In this document: positions 38,020 to 47,934 of the stretch, piece after piece | Layout of the letters: the number at the start of each line of letters is the position of its first letter | Position numbering within the stretch: position 1 is the stretch's first letter | NCBI RefSeq assembly: GCF_001194135.2 | Contig: NC_068999.1 | Span: 27,293,512 to 27,353,881, forward strand | Direction: 5' to 3' | Origin: Octopus bimaculoides | Taxonomy: Eukaryota | DNA: 60,370 nt | Program-made: the position numbers and the translations under genes | The notes under the pieces: generated by a model | What the model was told of the DNA's origin: nothing | The model's input: only the letters and a program-made list of their open reading frames with translations | The model's database searches: none

Positions 38020-39200
38020 TTACCCTCTCGCATTCCATACAGTCATACCATTTTCACTTTCAATTCGGAGTACTTGGAGATTTTTTTCAACCTCTTTACT
38101 CACAACATTCATGTCATTTGGTATGGCTACATCAATGATCTGACAGTATTTGTCTCTCTTATTCAATATGACAATATCCGGCTGATGGTGTTCGATTATA
38201 CGATCCGTCTGAAAATCATAGTCCCAGAGTATCGTTACTTTTTCCACCCTCCTGCATAACTTTACTTGCTCATGCTCATACCAGTTCACTGTTACTTGAT
38301 ATTGGTATTTACGGCATAAGAGCCAATGAAGATACGCACACACTTTATCGTGGCAACGCTTGTATTCTTTTTGTGCTAGGCTCTCACATCCACTTACCAA
38401 GTGAGTCACATTTTCCACACTCTTTCCACAATCTGCATTTCTGGGTGTCAGAAGGTCTATAAATGTTATACTTCACTGAATTGGTAGCGAGAGCCTGGTC
38501 TTGTGCATTAACAATCAGGCATTCGGTGGTACGCTTCAAATCACCTCGCTCAAGCCATGCCGACGATGCTGCATTATCCTAAACATCTTGTGTATTCCTT
38601 TCAAACTGTCCATGCATTCTCATTTCAAGAAGGTCTTCTTCTCTCTTCTCCTCAGCTCCTTGGTTAAATTGTTCCTTGCCCATCATTTCATCTGTATTTA
38701 CACCCATATCTTTCGCAGCATATTGCAGTAGGTTATCAGAATACTCGGCAAGCGTTCTCCTTTCACTCTTTATACAATGGTCTATACTAATTAGTCTTCT
38801 GCCACCATTCTTTCTTTTCATATACAGTCTGTTTACGTTTGCTTTAGGGTGTAGCGCCCCATGCAGCGTCATCAACTTTCTCGTCCTTCTATCCAGTGTT
38901 GATATTTCCTCCTTACTCTATTTGAGGACGGACGCACTATATCTGACCACCACAACTGCCCAGATATTCATTGTGGTAATCAAATTTTTGGCATTGAGGT
39001 TGGATTTCAACACCATCTTCACCCTTTTTTGATACGTCTCGCTGACCTTGACTTTCATTTCTCTGTGTAGAATGTCATCCAGCTCCAAAATCCCTAAATA
39101 TCTATACCCACTACCGTCGGGTTCACCCATAGTCTCTCCTGATCATAACCGCAATCCTCTGCAGGCTGCTTTTTTCCCTCTTTTCATATTAAGTACTGAG
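38020..39200 (-). mobile_element. R4/Dong-type element: RT thumb, CCHC finger, REL endonuclease
   Basis: GYRYLGILE..; LHPKANVNRLYMKRKNGGRRLI; CRLCGKSVENVTHLVSGC; HDKV; QPDIVILNKRDKYCQIIDVAIP (PD-D motif). Confidence 0.92.
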
Positions 39201-39214
39201 CATTTGGTAATCTC

Positions 39215-39545
39215 AAATCGATGAAACTTTCACACAAAATTGTAGATACTAAAGTTTTTAATTTTTCTACAGATGTTCGTTTGTAAGTCCGATCAGAAAA
39301 GATTGTAGTGTTTTTGCAATAAATAGGATGTTTTTTTAACATCCCTGAGGAGGGTAACATTTTCCCTGAGAATTGTAGATATTAAAGTTTTAAAATTCAC
39401 TAAAGATGGTCTTTTTTATGTCCGAACAGAGAAAACTGTATTGTTCTAGAATAAAAAGGATGTTTACATTTTCGAAATCTCAGGGAGAAAGGAAAGGATA
39501 GGTATTCACAGAAGTTGTAGATATTAAAGTTTTTAAAGCCGGTCG
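39215..39545. repeat. Imperfect ~135-140-bp tandem repeat
   Basis: TTGTAGATA(C/T)TAAAGTTTT recurs at 39240, 39373 and 39515, with AGGATGTTT in the first two units. Confidence 0.7.
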
Positions 39546-41875
39546 TTTGTGTGTTCGATTGTTATTATTTGCGTCTGTCGGAAGAAGACGTGTGTTCGTG
39601 GCACGTAGTTTTTTTTAATTTATTTATTTTTTCTCTTCAACAAGTAACGCAACAGCTCGAAAATTCCTTGTTTGTGTTATGTCCTCCGTCTGGATGTATG
39701 GTGTGAGAGTATTTATCTTTTGTGTTACTTTATTTATCATACTCCTATCTACCCTTCTTATATTCATGGGGATTTTTCTTCTGGAGCATTCATCAAGTCG
39801 GTGAGCCGTATTTGAATTTCAAGCAATTCATTATCTAATTGGTCCATTTCCCCTGTATGTCCACTCACCCAGCTCGCTGCAAGCAGTAGCAGTTGGTATG
39901 GCGAAGAATCACCGTTTCAGGACGAACTTTAAGATTTAAAATTGCAAATTTAATATCTTAAAACAAAAAAATATTAATATGGCTTTCCCTATCGAAGGAA
40001 GCAATGGCCTGTTGGAATAGCTGCTATGACATTGCTTTCCCACCCACTAGTCGATGTGATCGAAAAAAGAAGAACTGACAACAGTAGCAGCAGCAACAAC
40101 AACAGCAACAGCAAAATAAGCAGCAGCAGCAGCGACGAGCAGGATATATTTAAAAATCATGCAAGCACGACCTCCTCCATCGTTCCCAACACCAACGCAC
40201 CATCACTGCCGCAAACATTAATAAAACAACAGACGTAGTTCTTTTTTCTAAACAAAAATGGTTTCGCACAAGCATGTAGGAAAATGATGAAGTCGAATTT
40301 ACAGAAAAAATGTTTAGCGATGTTAAGATGCACTTATCAAAGAATAGCAGAACAGATACCTTAACATATCAGAAGATGTGCAAGAAGACACTAAGAAAAA
40401 AATCATTATATGTAAATGTGTATCATTAAAGCTAAGGAAAATGGGGCGAGCGACGTAGGCCCAGATCGAAAAATGTCTGAGACCCGGACTGCGGTTTAAA
40501 ATCTTATGTCACCTGTGGGAGATACTTTGCCACAGTCGAAGTAAATTCTCAACTGAAGAATCATCTAAAGAAAAAAACTGAAGTTTTGTTGAATAAGATT
40601 TGTTTAAACCAGCAAAAGCACACTGGACTGTTTTTTTAAAAGTAACTTTGTACATGTCATACATATTTGCAAATCCTGAATTGTTTTTATGCATACGTCT
40701 GCATGTTTTGGATTCTCAAAGCACTTATGACTATAGGGAGTGTTGCTATCTTCAACCCCCTCATTCGGTTTATTTTTAATTTCAGATCTTTATATTTTGA
40801 TAACTTCTATATCTCTTTAAGAGACATATCTTCTATTGAGGCTATTACGTCCTTGACAAAGTATCTGGTCGGTTAACTTTGATCTTCGTATTTGTATGTT
40901 TTGGCATACCCATTCTATGATTACTTTCCTATTCGCAGAAACTATTTCTGATGTATGTCTATACCATCACTTTTCTCTTGGCATTTCAGAATGCTGGCAT
41001 AACTTCCAGAATGTAACGCGGAACTTTATCATGCTTGTAGATGTATGTTACTTGCCTAAAACTGGGCCGGCAGAGATAAGGTGATTAATTGTTTCTTCCG
41101 CATCTTCATATATTCTGCAAATATTTACTGCATTCTGCTTCATTTTATGCTTTTGATGGTTTCTAGTAGTAGACTTTGACCCTGTGCCGCAATAAAGAAA
41201 CCTTCAATTTCTGCGTTGAGTTCTGCGTTTCTCAACGAATGCTAGGATTTTTTATTTCCACACTTTTCAGATTCTTCCACTACTGGTCATAAGGAGGTTT
41301 TTCTTGTCCTCGTTTTATCATGTTATTCTGTCGTCCCAATTTTATTTTAGATGTTAGCTGTTTCTCTATTTCTATCATTTTTCTATTTACTTCATGGTAT
41401 TTGTTATTGCAGCCTCTGTTCTATATTTGTTTGCTTCCTTCGGGTCAAAAACTGTTTCTTTCTTTGTTTATGTTTCGTAGCAGTTTTTGTATTAATTTTC
41501 ATTATTCTGTACTAAATATTTTTGTAGCCTTACGGTGGATATTTCTTATAGCTTTCTAGTTGTATATGACCTCTACTACATTGTACTAGTTGTAAACATG
41601 TTCTTTCAATGTCAGATTTGGGTGATATACTCTAAGTGTAGTCATTGTTCTCCTTCTTTTCCTCATTGGTCTAGCCCGGACGTTTAATGTCCTACTTAGA
41701 CAGCTAATGTATTTGTGCCTATTACCTTATTTTTGCCTGCATTTAGTTTTACTTAAATAATAATCTGATTCATCTATAATAATACTTCCTATGATTTGTG
41801 TCTGTTGTACATCGTCTGGTTCATTGATGTTTAAATATTTGCATATCTGTGTTTGATCTAATTCAATATGATAGC

Positions 41876-42183
41876 ATAGTTCTATATTTAAGAGATGAGG
41901 AATTATGTACATTATTTACATTATTTACATTCGACGGATATTTGTCCCATGGGCATATGGTGTAGTGGTTAAGAGCGCAGGCTACTAACCCCAAGATTCC
42001 GAGTTCGATTCCAAGCAGTGACCTGAACAATAATAACAATAATGATAATAATTATTATTATTATAACATCGAAAAATACCTTAGGAATGAGAACCTGAAG
42101 AAGGCTGGAGGGTATATCAGCCGAAACGTTGTGTTAACAACAAAAAAGATGAGGACAAATATCCGTCGAATGTAAATAATGTT
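41876..42183 (+). mobile_element. Composite tRNA-headed, HHR-bearing SINE-like element with 30-bp inverted arms and 11-bp TSD
   Basis: TSD AATATGATAGC 41865-75/42184-94; perfect IR 41918-47/42153-82; A box 41958-68; B box 42003-11; (TAA)n linker; HHR 42090-42135. Confidence 0.75.
42090..42135 (+). ncRNA. Minimal type I hammerhead ribozyme motif
   Basis: CTGAAGA 42095-101, extra A, stem II GGCTG/CAGCC (42103-07/42118-22), GAAA 42123-26, palindromic ACGT, GUU triplet 42128-30; stem I imperfect in this copy. Confidence 0.7.
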
Positions 42184-42253
42184 AATATGATAGCGTTCTC
42201 AATGAATTTTTCACTGCTGTTTAAGTATTTGCATATCTGCGTGTGGTCTAATC

Positions 42254-44843
42254 TTGTGGTTCCCAGACTTTTTTTTACTCACGGCGCACCTTACAAGAAG
42301 TCAAGATATTTTGGCTCACTTTGTACATAAATTCTAAAATTTATTCAAAATGTTTTTTTTTTACATATTAGAATAGCATAAACTATAAAGTAATATACAG
42401 ATAATCAAAAATACAGAAAAATTGCTTGTACTTACTTTGTATTCAATACATGAAGCAAAGTTATCACTGAAAAACGTTTTTTTTTTTTTTTTTTTTTTGA
42501 AGTTGGGGATTTGATGTTATTTGAAAATCCCAATTCTCATAAATATGATATGGAAAACTGCATCAAAACGGATAAAGCTTTTCTATTTTTGCTACTGAGA
42601 GGTATTCTCCTATAATAGCAATCCAAAATGCATCACTTGGTAACTCAGCATTCTTGATTTTAAGTCCGCGGTCACTGGATATAGATGCCAATTCCTCTTC
42701 TTCACATATTTACAGATCAATATTAGATGGAATTTTTATGAAGGGATTTCAAACCCAAACATACTCTTCTGTGTTCAATGACGGAAAATAAAAATCTGTC
42801 TCTTTCTTCCAGATTTATCAATTGTTCAAATACAATATGAGTCACTTCTTTTATGCAGCTTTTACGTATTAAGGGAAGCATTTCGAAGTTACCACCTTCA
42901 GCTCTATTTTCCAAATTACAACTTTATTCTTAAATGAAACCAACTTATCTGTCGAAGTCAGAATGTTTTTATTTCCACCTTGTACACTTGTGTTGACGCT
43001 ATTAAGTTGTGCAAATATCTCTGTTAAATGTTCCAGCTTGGAAACCCAAAATTCACACTGTTGATATTCCAAGAAGCGTTCAACGTTTTTCTTCTTTAAA
43101 AAAATGCATGCAGTTCCTTCTGGAGTTCATGTATGCGACGTAGTACCTTACTTTTGGGAGCCATCTACCTTTTGTGACTAAGCGCTTGTGCTGAGAATTC
43201 ATATCAACACAAACTTGTTCAAATAAGCGACACTTCAACTTTTAATATAATTAACCATTTCAACAACTTGGGTTTAATACTTGCTTTAACTCAACTGGTA
43301 TTGTTTTTAAAACCAGTACCTCACTATGTAGGAAACAATGAGTACGTATAACATTAAGATTGTGCTATTGTATGAGAGATACAAAACTTTTAATAGAGCC
43401 TATCATAGATGGTGCCCCATCGGTACATATTCCAACACTTGAATTCCAAGATAAATTCCATTTTTCGAGGTAGGCAGATAAAATGTCAAAAATATCTTGA
43501 CCTCTTGTAGTGAGTGGCATTTCTTCGCAACAAAAGAATTGATTTATGATTTGGCTACCATCAATAAAGTGAATAAATGTAAGTAGTTGTACTTTGTTGC
43601 TAATGTCAGTTGATTCGTCAACCTGTTGAGCAAATCCTGAGTTCTGAAGTTTGTTCTGTACATTTCCCTCTATATTAGCATATAAATCCATAATTCTCCT
43701 ATGGATTGTATTTTTGAGAGCAGAATCTTGATTATTTCTTGCTCGGCTTCATCACCTAATATGGTTTTAACCATCTTTCTACAAGCAGGCAAGATAATCT
43801 ACTCGACTAAAGTATGCGATTTCGTTTGTAGTGCAATCATTTCGGCTACATCAATAGACGTAACTTGAGCCTTATCAGAAGCATTCGTCCTTTTTTCAAG
43901 GACTGTTCTAGCAGTCTTTAGAAATAATTCAGATCCTTACATTGAAAATGTGAGTGTTTGGTTGTAAAATGTTTTTCAACTTTCCAGGCAACATGCCTTC
44001 GTCAGACATCTTTTCACCACAAACAACATACAGCGGAAGAGGTTGATCCACGTTGCCAGTCCTATGAAACCCAAACTTTAAATAGCTGTTGCAATATTTA
44101 CGATTGGGTTGAGCTTTCGTATTATTATCACTACGATTAGTTGCTTTTGACGAACGTTCGCTTCAGATTCATAATCGTCACAGTTATGTTTCTTCTTAAT
44201 AAACTTTTCCATTTTATGGGTGATTTAATCTGTTGATATGAATTGTATCGCACAAAGAACACATATTACTAATAGAGTCAAACTGAGACTGAGACACGTG
44301 ACCAGTGAGCTGTGAAAAGTGACAGCGTGTCACATATTATCGGACTCTTTTGAGAAGTATTTCAAAATTAATTGAAAAGATGAAAATTCTCGCCACTATA
44401 TGAATGAAAAAAATTAAAATACAGCCACAATGCGTGAGGAGGTATTAAAAGAGTTAGTTCAACATCGTATATTTTAGTTCAATAGTTTACTTTTCACACT
44501 TATTATTGCAATGAAAACTACTGAGGCTACGGCCGAAATAAACTGAAACATAATCATGCATTCAATATGTCCATAAGACATCAATTTCGAGGATAGATTG
44601 ATACTAATTTAGTTCTTATCTTTATGAAATTTCAGATTCAAAATTGAATAACACTGTCATACCATAATTAGTCCAAATGAATTGAATGATACAGCCACCA
44701 CTCATTCTTAGTTTAGAACTTAATATTTAGCTTTTTGCCACTTTAGTGAATTTCAGTTCGTATTTTTCATATTTTAAAATATTACCTTACTTTTTCGAGG
44801 TGCATCTAACTACATCTAGCGGCGCACGGTTTGGGAACCACTG
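42254..44843 (-). mobile_element. hAT-Charlie/Buster DNA transposon, complete-ended (2590 bp)
   Basis: TIRs TTGTGGTTCCCAGAC 42254-68 / GTTTGGGAACCACTG 44829-43; 8-bp TSD GTCTAATC 42246-53 and 44844-51. Confidence 0.92.
42490..44212 (-). pseudogene. Buster-type hAT transposase, frameshifted
   Basis: ATG at 44212; RKYCNSYLKFGF..VVCGEKMSDEGMLPGKLK (BED-like); FAQQVDESTDISNKVQLL..ICTDGAPSMIG; C-terminal KALSVLMQFSISYL*ELGFS. Confidence 0.9.
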
Positions 44844-45016
44844 GTCTAATCTAATATGATTGTACTCTCAATAGATTTTCTTTACTCTAAGGTTGCTTTG
44901 GTACATTTTAAAGCTGAATCTCATATTTTGTTTTGGGTAAATCTGTGTACTATCTACAGTGCTGTTTCAAATTGTTTATCATTTGCAGCAATTAACTTGA
45001 GATCATTACCGAACCT

Positions 45017-45020
<4 letters not shown>

Positions 45021-45092
<72 letters not shown>

Positions 45093-45115
45093 TAATAATA
45101 ATAATAATAGTCATG

Positions 45116-45187
<72 letters not shown>

Positions 45188-45252
45188 GCGCTCGGTAGTG
45201 AAGTGAAAGCACGTTATAAAAATAAAACTACTGAACAATAATAATAATAATG

Positions 45253-45339
<87 letters not shown>

Positions 45340-45340
45340 T
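45021..45340. repeat. (TAA)n microsatellite tracts
   Basis: Direct reading; two blocks, 45021-45185 and ~45235-45340. Confidence 0.97.
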
Positions 45341-45356
45341 CTCGCTCAGAGATTTA

Positions 45357-45397
<41 letters not shown>

Positions 45398-46104
45398 TAG
45401 ACGTATATAGGTATATGTATATGTATGTATATATGTGCCTATGTCTGTGTGTATATGTTTATGTAAATGAATGTATGTAGATAAAAAGGTAGATGAGTAT
45501 TATGGATGTATGGGTGCGTATGTTTGGTTTTAATCTTTATATTTAGTGTTTTTGTGTTTGTATGAATCTGTGTTTTTAAGGATGTGTGTATGCGTGTATG
45601 TGTGTTTATGTATGTCTGTATGGCTGTATGTGTATGACTATGTATGAATGAACTTTTCAACCAATTTCTGAATACATAAATTAATATATATATATCAATT
45701 CTTACTCCCCATACATTTATATGCTTGTATATATAAGAGTACTATATACATGTATCTGTACGTGTGTGTGAGTATGTTTGAGTGTGGAAATGCATGTGTG
45801 CACGTGTGCGTACGAGTGTACTTGCATGTATAGATGTATACACATATATACATGCATGACCGAGTGTAAGTATGCATGTATGCAAGTGTATTAATATGTG
45901 TGTATGTGTATGTGTACATGTACGGACATATGCATGTATTTGTATATGTGTGTATATAGGGATATTATTATGAATATATATACGTGTATGTATGTATATG
46001 TGTTTGGTATATCTAATAAATCATAAGGTATCAATTGTTCATATATAAATGATGAGGTTAATATTTTACTAAGACAAGAATCTTTAGAATTAATAATATA
46101 CTCT

Positions 46105-46170
46105 TTACTCTTTTACTTGTTTCAGTCATTTGACTGCAGCCATGCTGGAGCACCGCCTTTAGTCGAGCAA
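46105..46170 (-). mobile_element. SINE family A 3' tail fragment
   Basis: CTTTTACTTGTTTCAGTCATTTGACTGCAGCCATGCTGGAGCACCGCCTTTAGTCGAGCAA. Confidence 0.8.
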
Positions 46171-46817
46171 TATGTTTTATTTATTAGATAAAATTTTTGT
46201 TACTGTAACTTTAGCTGCTGGGAATATAAAAAAAAAGAACACCGACATGTCATTTTTGTTTTATTTCGATTTCTTTTCATTCCATGAAATTAAGTTTTTC
46301 TTTCTATTATACATAACAAATTTTTGTTCTATTTTTATATATTTTTTAGCGTTCATAATGGTAATAATGATTTTAATGATTTAATTTATAAATATTTTTA
46401 AATGGTGCAACTAAGAATTTCGCTGGAATCCCTGAAGAAGCTTCTTTATTAAATGCATTGTATTGACAATTATTGAATTATTTATTTATTTAATTATCTA
46501 ATTAAAATAGATAAACTCTTAGTAATTAAGCAGAAACATATGTCGGAAAATTACTTATTTATATGGATAAATAAATAAAGGATTATCATATCTGTTTCCA
46601 TTGTTTACCTTACTACATTTTCTCGGGACCTACTACATTAAGTATGGAATTAATATTACGTGCGGCCAGAAACCAAATTTGAGACTTGTCTCCCTACTTT
46701 GTTCTATATATATATATATATATATATAGTTGAAATTTATAGAAAAACAAAAGACGAAGACTGGTGTATGAACAACAAGCAGGTGCATAAATTTGACGCT
46801 CGGGAAAGTGAAACAGT

Positions 46818-46853
46818 CTTTTACGTTTCGAGCTTACGCTCTTCAACAGAAAG
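46818..46853 (-). ncRNA. Minimal type I hammerhead motif with an A6U core substitution
   Basis: Minus strand CTTT-CTGTTGA-A-GAGC-GTAA-GCTC-GAAA-CGTA|AAAG: stem I CTTT/AAAG, stem II with GNRA loop, palindromic ACGT, GUA triplet. Confidence 0.65.
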
Positions 46854-47027
46854 GAATAAAAGAAAATAAACAGTGAGAGGTGAAAAAAAAACACTTGTAG
46901 ATTTAGCGGTCAAGCATGGCGACGGATTAGAAATAAAAATTTGAAAGAAGAGGTTGAAAGAAGGGGAGATAATAAAGTATTGGTGATCCCAAAACGAAGG
47001 TGCGCGTGCGTATGTGCGTATGTGAGA

Positions 47028-47065
<38 letters not shown>

Positions 47066-47248
47066 ATAGGGGCTAGTGATTTTGACGTGTGTGGGTGTGT
47101 ACGTTTGTAAGTGTGTGCGTCTGTAACGTGTGGCTGCTCATATAATGGTATGTATGGTGACGCTATTGAAGATTGTGTGTGGGTGTGTGGATGATGGTGT
47201 GTGGTGTGGGTGCTGGGAAGTGATCAGTGCTAGTGTGTGTGCATGTGT

Positions 47249-47383
47249 AAATTTCAGATAATCCTATATCTTAAGATTTCATGCTCTGTAATAAAGATTA
47301 CTTTACAATCCTCAGTAGAAGGATTGCAAAGTAATCCTTATTACGGAGCATGAAATCTTAAGATATACGATTATCTGAAATTT
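47249..47383. repeat. Near-perfect 64-bp inverted repeat with 7-nt loop
   Basis: 47249-47312 vs 47320-47383, 4 differences; loop CAGTAGA. Confidence 0.95.
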
Positions 47384-47934
47384 TGTAAATCTTCTTTCTC
47401 ATTACCTCGCACATTAGTCCTGGAGTTATAAATATCGAACAAATATAGGGTGGATTGTAGGTATTTCACATCTACTTCTAGCGTACAGGGGCTGACATTC
47501 CAACGCCCTTAATTATAATTATATTTTTATAATTATATACTTAAAAATTAATTTTACCGATATGGTAATTTTTTAGACGCTAGCAACTAATGTAATAATT
47601 TTAATGATTACATCCTCACTTTATAAATATCGCCCATCGGTTTCGACGTATGAGGCTCCGACAACGTACACTTTGTCAGTCATAACGCTTATGTCAAATG
47701 TGACATTTAAGTCCCGCCAACGATTTGCAAAGGCCACAGATGTTGCAAGTATGAGGATGAGGATTACAGGTCAGTGCAGGTGATATATTTGCAGCCACTA
47801 CTCTCCTTTGCTTTGCGCCCTGAAGCTGGTTAACGCTGGTTACAACAAAGTTTTTAATACCATTTTGACACAACGATCTCCATTTTTTTGTTCCAAGTCT
47901 GTTCGCTCAAAGGTGTTGTGAGCTATCTTTATTT

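Larger units (their letters stand above)
40690..45018 (-). mobile_element. Old R4/Dong-type element interrupted by two insertions
   Basis: 44852-45018 DLKLIAANDKQFETAL; 41560-41875 ELDQTQICKYL..HPKSDIER..RGHIQLES; 40690-41260 EGFFIAAQGQSL..CRIYEDAEETINHLISA..HDKV..NRPD..KYKDL..PIVISAL. Confidence 0.8.

Noticed and set aside
44519-44545. CTGA-GGC-TACG-GCC-GAAA inside the hAT element (similar GGC-TTCG-GCC-GAAA at ~55803)
   Set aside because: The NGA part of the core, or the whole CUGA box, is missing and there is no cleavage triplet or stem I.
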